From Moniliella sp. 'wahieum' (Eukaryota): a DNA stretch of 64,000 bases. The DNA lies in contig RSEE01000041.1 of NCBI GenBank assembly GCA_003971905.1, positions 434,001-498,000 of the forward strand. Reading direction: 5' to 3'. Positions 1-13,127 of this stretch are shown here, piece by piece. Numbering within the stretch: position 1 is the first letter of the stretch; each line of letters opens with the position of its first letter. The position numbers were made by a program, and so were the translations under genes. The notes under the pieces were generated by a model, which was not told where the DNA came from, ran no database searches, and saw only the letters and a program-made list of their open reading frames with translations.

Positions 1-2536
1 GCGCACACGGATTTTGGTCACCAGCTCGTACACCTTCGACTTGGGGTCGGACGCGTCGCCGGGCAGCTCCTCCCAGTGGTCGAAGACCGACTGGGGGAAG
101 GCCTGACCACCAGTAGCCTGGCGCAGGGCAGCGTTGAAACCGAACGACTCCGAGACGGGCAGGTAAGCCTTGACAGTGTACATGGGGTACCGGGGCGCTG
201 CTCCTCCATGACCACCTGGCCACGGCGCTTGTTGAGCGTCGAGTAGATACCACCCAGGCCCGACTCGGGGCACTGGATCTCGACCAGGTACATGGGCTCC
301 TGCAGCGCCGGGGTGGCGAGCAGCGCGGCAGCGTAGCAGACACGGCGCGCCGTGGGGATGATCTGTCCACCACCACGGTGGATGGCGTCCGTGTGCAGCG
401 TAACGTCGACCACGTTGAAGCGCACACCACGCATGGGCTCCTCGGCAAGAGGACCCTCCTTGGTGGCCCACTGGAACGCGGCCACACACGAGTCCTTGAT
501 CTCGTTAAGGTACTGCACACCCTTCGTCACACCACCCATCAGGTTGGGGCCAGTCGTGTCAGGGCCAAAGGTCCAGATCTTACGAGCGTCCGTAACGTCC
601 CAGCCAAACTCGTCGGCAAGGTAGCGAGCACGCGACTTGAAGTCGTCGCGGGGGTTGACCTTGCCCTCCTCAATCGCGCGCGACAGTTCCTCACCAAGGG
701 GAAGAGCGTCGACGTAAAGACGGTTGTGCTTGTTCTGCGCACTTGGACAGGGCAGTCATGCTGCTCTGCGTCGTCACAGTCTCACGGTAGCCAACAACGG
801 GGTCGGACTTCTTGAGGGGAACCTGGGCGTGGTCGTTCTCAAGGTCGTTGAGGCAGATCTCGAGGTGGAGCTCACCGGCACCGGCAACAATGTGCTCACC
901 CGACTCGCCAATCCACGCCTGCACACAGGGGTCCGACTTGGTCAGACGCTTCAGACCCTCGACCAGCTTGGGCAGGTCGTTGGCGTTCTTCACCTCAACG
1001 GCGACTTGCACGACGGGCGAGACCGAGAACTTCATGACACGCATGTTGTGCGCCGTCTCGGACGAGGTGAGGGTACCGCTCTTGAGCAGGAACTGGTCAA
1101 CACACCAACCAGACCCGAATGTTACCGGCGGGGCAGTCCTCAATGGGCTCGACGTAACGGCCCATCATGAGCACGGTACGCTGAATCGACTTGATGAACA
1201 GGTCGTCCTTCTTGCCGGGGCGGTAGTTCGGGCCCTGGATGCGGATCTTGGGGCCAGAGCGGACGGTACCAGAGAAGATACGGCCGAAGGCGTAGAAGCG
1301 GCCCTTGTCCGAGGTGGGGACCATCTTGGAAACGTAGAGCATCAGCGGGCCCTTGGGGTCGCAGTCACGGATACCAATGGCCGACTCGTCGTCCATGGGG
1401 CCCTCGTACAGCGTCTCCACGGTAGCGCTGCGCCGTCTTGGGCGAGGGGAGGTTGATGACAATCATCTCCAGCAGGGCGTCACCAGCGGGAGGAACTTGC
1501 GCATGACAACCTTGAGGAGGCCTTGCCCTCGAGGTCCTTCTCATCCTGGGTAAGGGGCACCTCGAGCTTCTCGAGAATCTTGGCAGTCTCGTCCTTCTTG
1601 AAGTTCATCACCGAGTCGAAGATACGGTAGATGGGGTCGAGAACGAACATGTTGAACGCACGCTCGAGGGGCTTGCCGTCAGCGTCGGTCGACTTGGTGG
1701 TCCACTTCTTGGTCTTGGGTTGAAGTAGTTGTCGCCCCACAGCTTGCCCATCATCTTCTCCTTGTCCACACCGAACTTCTTGGCGTAGCGGGCAGCGAAT
1801 TGGGACAGGGTGAAGGCCCAGCCGTGGAGACCCGAAGCGAAGGCGACAGTGCCCTTCTCGGGGTAGACCTGCGACTCGCCGAGGACGGGGTCGTTGTAGG
1901 TGGCAATGACCACGTTGACCGACTCGACAGTGCGCTGGAAAAGGTGTAGAGCTCCTCCTTCTCGACCTGCAGCTCGAGAAGAGCACGGTCGACCTTGTTC
2001 AAGCAGCAACAGGCTTGATACGCTCACCAAGAGCCTGGCGCAGCACAGTCTCGGTCTGGACGCACACACCCTCAATGCAGTCGACGACCAAGGGCACCGT
2101 CGGTCACACGCAGCAGCCGTGACCTCCGAGGAGAAGTCAACGTGCCCGGGCGAGTCAATGAGGTTGATCAAGAACTCGTTGCCCTGGACTCCTGCTTGAC
2201 GTTCTTCATCTCTCGGGAGAGAGGGGGAAGAACATGGAGATGGCAGTGGACTTGATGGTAATACCACGTCCTTCTCATCGTCGCGCGTGTCGTGAAACGC
2301 ATGTCACCAGCCTTGGCCGAGGCAATGATACCGGCCTTGGAGACAAGCGAGTCGGTCAGGGTGGACTTGCCGTGGTCGACGTGGGCAATAACACTCATGT
2401 TACGAATGTTGGTGGACTTGTCCATGAGACCACGGATCTCGTCAACGGTAAAGTTAACCCTGAGAGAAGAAGCCAAAAGTCAGCGCCAGCTCGGCATCAA
2501 CGTGGGGCCCAGCATCAAGGGGGGCCAGACGCACAT
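1..2536 (-). CDS. EFT2: Translation elongation factor 2 (eEF2), 3' end runs off the window
   Basis: Overlapping ORF pieces contain [22 protein letters not shown] (G1), [34 protein letters not shown] and the diphthamide loop [20 protein letters not shown]. Intron at 2460-2534. Multiple indel frameshifts. Confidence 0.97.
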
Positions 2537-4606
2537 TTTTGAAGGAAGCCCTTTCGGGGACGGTGGGGGGACTGGTGGGGAGTGGGGGGGGAGGCTCGCA
2601 ACGGGACGAGCGGGAAGGTGGCGGTAGAAAAAGTACTTCGGAGGCCAAACGCCGTGGCAAGAAGCAGAGCGGCGCGACCATTCCGACCGAAAAAATCCTC
2701 CTGAATTTTCGCGCGCACCATCCCACTCTTCCCCGGTCTGCGGCTTCATCTGGCACCAGGGCGCTGTTGCCACCTTGTATTTCGTTAGGGTTCGACATGC
2801 TCTGATGCCCTGCACTGCGGCCTGGTGCGGCGCTGCGCAATTGCAATTGGACACTGCCCCCACGGCGCTGGGGCCACCGCGCGGTAGCAGGCACCAGGCG
2901 GCAATGCCTTTGGACGCTCAGCGTGGATTATGTAAGTGCACACCAGTCGCCCCAGGGAACCACCACTGGAAACCAGAGCCAGCCTGGCGGCTCACCTATT
3001 ATTTTTTGCTGCCACGTTTCTTCCTTCTTCACGCTATACTTGCTCCACTTGCAGTTCCTTTGGCGGCGTGACCAGTGCTGGAGACGAAAAGCATCTGCGT
3101 CATCCTCTCGATGCCAGCAGCCTCTGTCGATCAACCTCTCATCTGCGTCACATACACAACCGCCCCTCCTCCCACATCGTGAGTACTGGAGTGTGGGCAC
3201 GAGTAGATCCAGCGCCCACAGTCAACGCTTCAATTCTCTGGTAGGGGGGACGGCCTGCACAGATCGTTGGGGTTTGGAACTTGAAGCTTCAAGCTTGAAG
3301 GTCAAAGTCCAAGGTCAGAGAGAAGTGAGATGTTAGGTCTCTGAGGCGCCTGAGGCCCCTGAAGTTCAGGCTTCCTTGAGCTTGAAGCTTGAAGGCTTGA
3401 TCAATGTTAATGATCCCTCTGCTGGCGCTGATGCATTGATACACTGATGTCTGCTGCTTCAAGCTTCAAGCTCTTGGACGCTTCATCAATTCATCGATCG
3501 TCATGCACCATGAACTTGCGTAGTCCGTGCGTACTGATTGTGGGGCGACGAGAAGTCTTGTCGCGCTATTATGCACAACTCTAACTAACTCTAACTCTCT
3601 GTTGTACGTACATGGTGCCTGACATGCTGACAGAAGAGCGCTGAAACAGCAGCATATATATCCCAGACCTTGCATTTTGGCCAGAGACCCTATATAGGCC
3701 CCAGCCCACCCCAGCCGTTGGGTGGGCTAACTGTCGCGGAGCTTCAACTTGAAGCTTGAAGCTCTTGAAGCTTGAAGCAGGACCTAGCGTGGTCACTATA
3801 TCTATATCTTCGTCTCCTTTTAGGAAATTTAGAGCGCCGCGTCTCCACAGCAAAGTGGGCGCACATGTTTGCCCCATCCTTTCCAACTCTCGAGAAAAAA
3901 AGAGTGCACGGGCCGCCTCTCTATAAAATACGTCTGAAGAGGTTATCATTTTGTTGCTGAAGAGGATTAGGCTGCCAGCAGCAATAGTGCGCGTAAAATA
4001 TGGTGGGATACGGATAGTGCTTGATGCTCTCATCGTATCCAGCTTGTTGCCGGTTACCCCCACACTATACCCCGGTGGCCGTGATGCGTAATGGCCCCAC
4101 AAGTCGTTGCGAAAATTGGCGGTCTATATACGCCACAAAAGAGGCTAATGTATATGGCCGCCGGCGCCTCAAAAGCGTACTCATCACCGGCATCGCCAGC
4201 AACCCCGCACGCTGTGGGGGTGTGTCAATGCTGTTTGGTGCCGATGGCAGCAGGATGCGGGGAGGAGGCTGAGCGTATACGATCCAGGCACACAATAGGT
4301 GTCTTCTTTCTGGCGTTTTGCGTTCTACTGCCGAACATGCATGATGCTTGATGAGCTTGATGCATCTGTATCATCACACGTTGATCTCATCTCATTGTGA
4401 TCTCATTGATTGCGCTGAGGCTCCCTTATGTGGGTCTGCATGATTGCGATGACGGCCCAGATGTGAACTCGGGTGCATAAAAGGACGACGACGAGGTCCT
4501 CTTTCTGCCGTCTCCCTCCTCCACCCACCCACTCTTCCTTTGACGTCTTAACCTCCCTTAACTCCTTAACCTCATTCCCCCATCTCTTTTCTCGCTCTTC
4601 TCCAAA

Positions 4607-5530
4607 ATGACCACCGGTCGTGTTGCCAACAAGATCGCTCTCGTAACGGGCGGGGGCAAGGGCATTGGGGCGGCCACCGCCCACGTCCTAGCGCGCGAAG
4701 GCGCCAAGGTCTTTGTTACCGACATTGATGACGTCGCTGGAGAGAAAGTCACTCAAGAAATCAATAACTCTGGCGGAGAGGCTCACTACGCCTACCTGAA
4801 CACTGCCTCCGACGCTGAGTGGGCATCAGTGATGAATCGGTTCGTTACTTTCCTTTTGGTCATCCAGCACTGCTGTGTGGTGATACATTCTTGTGTTGGT
4901 GGCGGGGTACGAGTGCTGACTGAGTGGATGGGGATGCGCGCAAAGATCGAGACAACGTTCGGACATCTCGACGTTTCTGGTCAATAATGCTGGCATCTTG
5001 CAGCTTGGTACGATTGCCAACACTTCGTTCGACCAATGGCACAAGGTGCAATCAGTCAACTCTGATGGTGTCTTCCTGGGGGTCAAGTATGCTGTTGAGC
5101 TGATGCGGAAGCACAATACCCCCGGTTCAATCATCAACTTGTGCTCCATTCTCGGTCAGTGGGCACGAGGAACTGTGTTGCCTATCCGCCAGCAAAGGAC
5201 TGGTGAACTCTTGACCAAGTCTGTCGCTTTGGACGAAGCACCTTATGGCATTCGGATTAACAACGTAGCCCTGCGTATATCGACACTCCATGCTGAACAT
5301 CATGTCGAAGGAGGAACACGATGCCCTGATCTCATTGCATCCTATGGGTCGGTTGGGACGGCCGGAAGAAGTGGCCAATGCCGTTCTGTTCTTGGCGTCG
5401 GATGAGTCGTCGTACACACAGGAAGCGAACTGATGGTCGATGGAGGATACACAGCCGGTAAGAATTTCATCTTACTCCGTTCCTTTTGTGGGTATCAAGT
5501 GACTGACTCATCTTTGCTCCATCAGCTTGA
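4607..5530 (+). CDS. Classical short-chain dehydrogenase/reductase (SDR)
   Basis: [21 protein letters not shown] (TGxxxGxG), LVNNAG, a YxASK-like motif at about 5183-5197, and [26 protein letters not shown]...VDGGYTA. Introns at about 4840-4945 and 5458-5525. Confidence 0.88.
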
Positions 5531-7316
5531 CCAACTCCTTACCCATGCCCCACATGTGCATTTGCCCTTCTCTTTTCTCTCCCAACCCCAGTTCCCCTTA
5601 ACATATCCCTTTGTTTTCGGGAAGATTTTTGAGTGTCATCCACCTCTTCTCAGTGTGATGTCAGCCTAGTACATCTACGGCTGCTGTCCGACTCACCTAC
5701 CAGGGTATCTTCCTCTGTGTTGGTCTTCTCATTTACGGAATAGATCCATCATGATCTCATTTTCCTCCTGCAAAGTGCAACGACGTTATATTGTCACACT
5801 CTATATGCTGATCACCAAATTCAGGAGGAAGCAAGAAACGGCGTTCGTCCCCAAGGGCAAACGAGATGAGGTGTCACATGTCACCCTCCGAACATAGAGT
5901 CTAACAGCCGTGTTTGGGCCAATAACGCACCGTCATTAGGAAACAGTGTCGAGATCACTCGATCATCGATCACGCCGCATCCCCAAGAAGCCTCATTGGT
6001 TCCATCATGGTTAGCGCTTGCCTTGAGGTTGTTGAGATATATAGTACACCCCTAGAGGTGGCACAGGAGGCCGAGGGTTAATAATAACAGTGAGAAGGGG
6101 GATGAAGAGGGTGGAGGCTGTTGAAGAGCCGGGTGGCTCGTGCTTTAATTGATGGCCAATGTCCCTTCAGTTCCTCCTCATCAGGCCTAGGAGTTCCGCG
6201 GTTTTCTCTCTCTGTTTTTCCTTGTCCCGCAGCTTAGCCCCTGATGGCGACTCGCCGCTTGATGTTCCTTTGTATGCATTGCTGGTTGTCACACCATCAT
6301 CACCACTATAGTGCGATTGCATCACCCTGTGGAGGGCCATCAGGCCTCAGGACTCCCGCGGTCTCATCAGAGGCCTCAGCCTGAGGGGGTGCATAATAGA
6401 AGTATGACAGTCGGATGCGGAGACCCGATGACGCGAGTATGCTCCCACTGCTTCCGAGAGAAGGGATGGTGGTAAGTGTACTGTAAGAGGAGGATGGCAA
6501 GTGTTTTTTGGTTCCAACTAAATTATTCGTGGACACACAGCTGCGCCTTAATTTATTAAAGCCGCGGCCATACTTAACTGACGTGTGTCACGCATTCGAT
6601 AGCCTTCGGAGTAGAGCAGGGAGAGGGCTTTGGAGTCATAGCAGCCGTTGCGTACAACTCGCTAGCAGACGCTCCAACAACCACAGGGCATTGGGACCGT
6701 GTAGACGTGGCGAGGAGTCAGAACACCCGTCCGCCACACAGGGTCCCATTCCCTACCGGTGTGTGTGCTTTCGTATACCTCTGCTCATAAACATACGTGT
6801 CACACAACGCTTACAAGCGATAGTATCCCGTATAGTATACTCTGTGTACGTTTTTTAATCTCCGTAGCATATTCTCAAGCCGGGGGGAAGCAGAATCTTC
6901 TACATGATTCGCCATCGATCACAACAAGCTCTTCCCCGGTGAGGATGTGTGCGCCGTGCCCCCCCCCCCAGCTTCAGGTCACACAGGTACGATTACTACT
7001 TTGTTGTGTATCAATCTATCGCGGACTTAACGATAACCTCTTTTACACCTTTTAGCGTATATAACCCTTCACAGATCTTACACCCAACACGCAACCATCC
7101 GCACTGCTCTCTTCTTAACCAGGGACCACAGTCCTCAGCTAAACGCCCCAGCCTGCATGACACCTTCCAATCCCACAGCATCTGCCCTGGGGGGCCTCGA
7201 AGCGCATCTTCGCAACAGTGTCAGCAAGATACTGTCGCCTTCTGGCCGCATCACTTCGCTGCCTGTAATGGAGGATTCCCGCGCCCTCGCGCGTAAACCA
7301 TGATGAAACCGAGGCA

Positions 7317-8105
7317 ATGCTCATCCCTCGATACAATGACCTGGACACCACGGACAGTCTAGATTGGACACTCTACGATGATACGACGAGCATCCTCCCT
7401 GTCAATACTCCGATGCTGCAAGTTTTCTTCCCCCGTACACCCAGTCTCGTTTCGAAAAAAAGATCGGATCGAACTGATGTACTCCAAGTACACATTGGGA
7501 TCTAAGATTTCCGTTCGTGTAAGTCGTCACCCTACCCATACCAGTCTACTTTTCTTTTTTCTTAAGGACCCCATCTTGGCATACTGACGTACACGTTTAT
7601 ATCTTCCTCTATCCAAAACAAACGGCTTCACGGGCCAGATCCTGTTCTCCACAGAGATTGAGTTCTTCGTCCCTCCTCATCATCTGAACCGGACCGATTG
7701 GTCATCCCAAACTGGGTCCGTCAAGTTGCGACTCAAGGATGAAGGTGGCAAGCATGTTCTCAGCGTTGTTCAAGCTGGAACACGTACCCATTTCCAATTA
7801 CGCTCGGTACAAGGCTCCGTTCTTGCTACAATCAAGACAGATGGGAAATCCAAGAAGAAAGGATCGTACGCTTTCCCCACTACCTCGGCAGTCCAGATAT
7901 ACTTATCAGCCGGGCTGACGACAAAGATTCCTGGATCTTAACCGAAGAGACATCTGGGCTTCAGGTTGCGCGCATCACTCGTCCCGAGGGTTTAATGAAG
8001 CGCAAAGCCAGCATCGAGGTCTTTTCGGGCAACTACATGTTCGTCATGGGAATTGCACTTGCTCTCTTCGAAAGGGACTACTTAATGGGCGTGGCAGCCC
8101 AGTGA
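7317..8105 (+). CDS. Hypothetical protein, possibly tubby C-terminal-like/LURP-one-related fold
   Basis: ATG at 7317, GTAAGT donor at 7519 with a CTGAC branch site (acceptor unresolved), then coding-like exons ending VARITRPEGLMKRKASIEVFSGNYMFVMGIALALFERDYLMGVAAQ*. The family assignment rests only on a beta-rich body with a terminal hydrophobic helix. Confidence 0.45.
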
Positions 8106-8525
8106 AATCCCCTACTCTTCGATGAAGAGTTTCGTGTGGTTCTCTCACCTTTTCCCTTCAACACACCGCACGAAGTGAAAAAGCCCCCCCCCCCGCCCCA
8201 TACCCATGCTTATTTTGCGACACTCATGTCGTTACGACACGTCTCGCCACCCCTCTGTGATGTTGATCTTTTTTCCTCCTTTTATACACATTTTTGTTCT
8301 CTTATTGTTATCGATTTCATTGATCTCATCAGCACACACACTTCTTGTCCTTCAACCTGCCCCTTCCTCTACGTTCCTGGGTTCGTTTCTCTTCCTCTCC
8401 GGCTTCTCTCCACGACCAACACTACGAGTTCATTCAGTTAAAGTAGAGTTAAAGTATGTTACGTGTTGAGAATAATGAGCAACGTAGCAATCATGTTTTG
8501 TTGTTGGTTAATTGCGGGAAACAGA

Positions 8526-8605
8526 GGACGGCTGGCGCAATGGTAGCGCGTCTGACTACGATGGTTGTAATCAGGAGGTTGCAGGTTCGACCCTTGCGTC
8601 GTTAG
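8526..8605 (+). tRNA. tRNA-Arg(ACG) with 8-nt intron
   Basis: A-box/D arm TGGCGCAATGGTAGCGC, anticodon arm TCTGA-CT-ACG-A-[tggttgta]-A-TCAGG, T arm GCAGG-TTCGACC-CTTGC, acceptor GGACGGC/GTCGTTA (1:72 mismatched), followed by an oligo-T Pol III terminator at about 8627-8640. Confidence 0.88.
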
Positions 8606-9272
8606 AGCCGACACGGCGTCCTTTCCTTTTTTCTCTTTTGTGCTCTGGAGTATCCCCGAGACAAATCGCTCATCGATCGTCGATCTCTGCAGTCACACAC
8701 CAACCATCGCCTGGTATTGAAGGCGTTGATGACGTTGAATGTCTGCACTGGCTGAGCACACTGGCGTGGTGCCAGTGGCCCGCAACCAGCCGCAACCCCC
8801 GCAATGCGGGGGCCTCCCAGGCACTCGTCCTAGGACAGCGGGAATAACGGAGGTGGTGCGAACACGCTGCATTGCCATGGCCAGGTTGGTATAACCGGTA
8901 ACCCGCATTGCAAGCACCTCCTACGCACTCGAGACGAGGGCGGACTTGGTGGATCTGGCGGCCGAGGCCACGCAAGTAGACAAGAGCCCCGGCCGTGCTT
9001 GTCACAGTGACAACCACAGCGAGTCGGGTTCAACGTTCACTACTACTTGGTTGGTCTGGCCAGTGGGTGCGTACACGCTGCAGTTTGTCCGACATGTCCG
9101 ACTCCCGTGCTATTTAAACGGCAGCCATGTGGTCTGGCCGGTGGGACTGGTCCTCATCCTCACACATCCAACCTCTCCATCTCTGGCCTCATCTGACCCC
9201 GGTCGTCCTCTTCAACCTCCTTCCTCGCCCTTTTTGCTCAGCCACTCTTATCGTCGCCAACCTGGCTTCATC

Positions 9273-10533
9273 ATGGCCACTTTTTCATCCTCGACGTTCT
9301 CTGCTTCGGGCTATCTGGCTTTTCGGCCAGCTACCCGCCCTGGGTCTACCAGCTGATTGCTCAGTACCATGCCACGGGGCGTATCAGCGCGCAGGCCCTC
9401 CTCGCTGCTCAACGCGGCACACCTGCTTCCTTGCTCCACCCGCCCTCTGCGGCCCAAGGCGTTCGATGGGCACGGGCACTCGACTTGGGATGCGGTCCAG
9501 GGATCGGATCGCTACCGCTTTTGACCTACTTTGACTCGGTCACGGCCTCGGATCCCTCTAAGAAGATGATCGACCAAGCTCTGCGTGATCCCAACGACCC
9601 CTCCCTTCCCGACCACATCCGTCCTCGCCCTCTCACACCCGGTTCCATCTCGGCCGCTGTGACTGGAGCAGAGCCCCATGGCAAACTCGGCACCATCTCG
9701 TACCTGGTTGACAATGCCTTGACCTTGTCCAACTACCTTGACCAGTTTGGGGTCAAGTCACCAGACGATTCTGTGCCCGAGCAAGCCAAGGTCGATCTGG
9801 TCGTTTCGTTTCAAGCTGCTCACTGGTTCACGCCCTATGCGAAAATGTGGCAGACCTTTGACAAGGTCCTTCGTCCAGGAGGCAGCGTCATCTGCGTCAT
9901 TTACTCCGAGGTGTTCCTCCCCGAATACCCTTCGTTAACCCCGCTCATTGCGCAATTCACGACGGGCAAACCACTACCTGACCCGGAAGACGGCCTTGGT
10001 CCTTACTGGGAGCCAGGGAGGCAGATCCTCAATAACGGCATGATTGACTTGCCAGCTCCTTGGGTGGTGGAAACTACGGACTCGGCCGCATGGGACAAGA
10101 GTTCTTTCACGCGTCGCATCTTTAGCAATGGCAAAGGCACCAACGAGACTCCCCGCTGGCCGGTACAGACCGTTCCTGCACCTGAGAAGGAGGGCGCGAG
10201 GGGGGGCACCCCGCTGTCAAAGGAGGAGCTCGGAGCTGCCTCTGAGCTGGTCATGTCCAAGCCCGCGGATTGGGAAACCCTTCGCGGCTACCTGAGCACC
10301 TTCTCCAGCCTCCACAATTACCGCCAAGATCACCCCGATGACGAGAAAAATCAAGGCGGGATCCTTGAACGCTTTCTTCTCCGATTGCAGGCGGCGATGC
10401 TGGATGTGGAACGGGAAACCAACCCTGAAGCGTCGCTTCCCAACCACTTACCCTCCAGTGGCCCCTGCACGTGGTCGCTGTCAAAAAATGGGGTGACAGG
10501 TCTTCATTCAGGCATCATGCGCTGTCCGAATGA
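9273..10533 (+). CDS. Class I SAM-dependent methyltransferase (Crg1/Tmt1-like small-molecule methyltransferase)
   Basis: N-terminus MATFSSSTFSASGYLAFRP(S)YP, motif I ALDLGCGPG, SDPSKKMI, VDLVVSFQAAHWF, VLRPGG, GPYWEPGR, YLSTFSSLH. The stop position is approximate because of a frameshift near 10450. Confidence 0.85.
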
Positions 10534-10924
10534 CAACACCGAAGACGAAAGTACCTGCACCACTGATGAATGGAATCTGATTATCACGCTGCAACAATGG
10601 GATGGACCTCTGGAGACGGGACCGAGACCATAACAAATCTGTACGAGGAAAAGCATATATGTGCTCTCCGCCAACTGAGGTAGGAGCCTTACCGGTAGGT
10701 GGTGGAGATGGTACGGCGTGAATCAGGGGTGGTGAGGGTCGGTATGAGCCGTGGAAGCTGACGCCGTGAAGGATGGGGAAATCGAGGAGGAAGCTTTTAA
10801 TCCGACAAAGAGGACCAGACGACTCATGGCCGTAGGGAGAGGTTGTCTCTCGCTTGGCATTTTACTTCGTCTACTTGCCGCAGATTCGCTCCGCTCCCTC
10901 GCATTCCATTACAACACCCATGCC

Positions 10925-11520
10925 TAATCCGTCCAATCGATTCAATTGACTCGAGATAGGCGCCATTGGTACCCGTCCCAAAGGTCGCTCCCAATAGCGA
11001 CCCGCCCTGTTGGTAAGCCGAGGCGAGAAGAGTGCCAACTGTGTCGTTGATAATAGCATCCACCTTCGCCTTCAAGTGACGCTTGTCCAATGCATCTTGG
11101 AGGAGCTGGACCGTATCTTTGCCCACCGCGTCGGGGCAGTTAAACCCCTTGGTCCATGAAACGAGGGTACCCGAGTGGATTGACGTTGCTCGACAGGAAA
11201 GGAAAACGTAAAGCCATCGACAGCCTTTCCTCATGTTGCCCAACATGCTTGTCGTTCAAAAAGACATCTACCGATTCGGCCATATAGGCAAACAAGTTGG
11301 CCACGGGGCCACTGTCTTGAGACTGTCCTGGACCTTGTTCTTCTCTTGCTCGATGCTCACCTCCCCCTTGCCCTGGAGTGTGATGGCGCCACATGTATAG
11401 GTTGGTGCCACCCCCCGAACCATGGCAAGGTAGGTGCCTGTCTCGGAGCCGTCGGGCAGGCTGGTGACGAACGTGAGGATCATGAACATGGGTGCCTTGA
11501 GGCTCCACGACTGCTGTACA
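10925..11520 (-). pseudogene. Hexokinase/glucokinase fragment, truncated at both ends
   Basis: LPDGSETGTYLA, a degenerate (D)xGGTN, FTFSFPVEQ, SGTLVSWTKGFNC, AIINDTVGTLL, FGTGTNGAYLE. Similarity stops after ESIESIGRI, and the C-terminal domain (NTEWG-like motif onward) is absent. Confidence 0.7.
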
Positions 11521-11737
11521 GAGGGCGCTCAAATCCAGCGTTGACCAATTCCACCCTCGGGGCATAGGCGCATGCGTGCAAACTGCGCACGTGCCGAGAT
11601 AGTACTGATGCCGCCCTCAACTTGCACCGACTGCTGCGCACAATTCCGCTGGCCTAGCTGGAGCGGCTAATCATTGATCCACCTGCCCCCGCTGGCCCCC
11701 ACCCCCACCAGCCCCCTCCAGCGCCCACCTGCTGCCC

Positions 11738-13127
11738 ATGCCCCAGCTCCTGCCCGGCGCTGCGCATGCCGCCCCAGCCAATGCGGACGTCACGGCGTCT
11801 GCTGCTCCAACCCTGCTCAAGCCGCCTACCTCGCCGCTGCCGACCGCACTGCGTTTCGTGCGCTGATGCAATATGCCGATCAGCTCGATGCGCTGCCCCT
11901 CGAACTCACCCGCACCATGAGCGATCTGCGTGAACTCGATGCTGTCCTTGGAGGCCATGTTGGCAACATAACCTCCCGCATGGCCCAGCTTACCTCGCTC
12001 GTCGAGAACCGGAACGCGACACCGGGCGAGCGTCTCGTCACTCTCAAAGAGGTGGCCGAAGAGTCGCGTGCCTACAAGCTGGGCGGCGACGACAAGATTC
12101 GTGTTGCCGTCGCTGCCGCCGAGACACTGGCCGTGGCCGAGAAAAAACTCGACGAGGCATTCAACAAGATTGCTGCCCACCCTTCCATTGCCCCCTTTGC
12201 CGACCCGGTGTCTTACCTCCGCCACCTCAACCTCATCCCAGGCGCGGTACCGGACTTGGATTCCTTAGCCGCTTGCCGGGCGTTCCTCCACCCCTCCGTC
12301 GGGCGCGTCGGCGGCCCGCGCTGGACACTTGGCCATTGTTGCTCAGCGTACTGGTCCCCCGCTCCTTCTCTTCCCACACGGCTGCGACCCAACCCCCCGC
12401 GACTGGCGGGAGCAACACCGTTGCCGACACGTCCCTCGGAACACCCAAGCGCAAGGTGGGCAAGACCACCGCCGCGGCTCAGGCAGCACCCAACCGATCC
12501 GACACACCCCAGCTGGAAGCGACTCGTCGTGGGGCAGGCGGACCCCGCGCTTCGCCTTCCGCTGCACCGGGTCCCGGAAACAAGAAACGCAAGGCCCTCA
12601 CCGCTGAGGACGGGACGGCCAAGAAGCGACGTAACAAGGTGGCTGCTCATTCGGAAGCTCCTGAACTCTCGGACGACGTGCGGAGCAAGTCGGAGAAGCC
12701 CAATGCTAGCCCTCACCCAGCCAGCGCTGCAGCGACGTTGGTGCGGCGACAAGAGCGGAGCGGCACGCCAGCCGGAGCGGGTTCGCCGGCGCTTGGTGGG
12801 CGGCGCCCTGCAGCCCAAGGACGCGGGAGCAGTGTCGCTCCATCTGCGCCTTACACGTTTGGGGCCGGGGGCAATGGTCCGCCACCGGAGGCGGTTGCGT
12901 TGACGGCGCAAGCGGGCAAAGACGAGGCGCGCTACTGCTTCTGCAACCAGGTTTCGTTTGGCGAGATGATTGCCTGCGATGCGCCCAACTGCCCCCGGGA
13001 GTGGTTCCACCTGTCGTGTGTCGGGCTAACTACTACCCCGGATGGGTCCTGGTTCTGTGCCGACTGCAAGGCCCGAGGCGCTATGGGGACCAGCAAGAAG
13101 AAGAAGCCGCAAACGCGCCGGCGTTGA
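11738..13127 (+). CDS. ING-family PHD-finger protein (Pho23/Yng2/ING-like)
   Basis: N-terminal ING domain [24 protein letters not shown], a basic NLS-like linker, and C-terminal [48 protein letters not shown]. The start is inferred across a frameshift. Confidence 0.9.

Noticed and set aside
3581..4295. Minus-strand ORFs (173 aa and 76 aa) between EF-2 and the SDR
   Set aside because: They have no recognisable motif and run through heptamer arrays, so I cannot support them as genes.
8526..8605. G1:A72 mismatch suggesting tRNA editing or a pseudo-tRNA
   Set aside because: A single-base anomaly in error-prone sequence. All other arms and the Pol III signals are intact.
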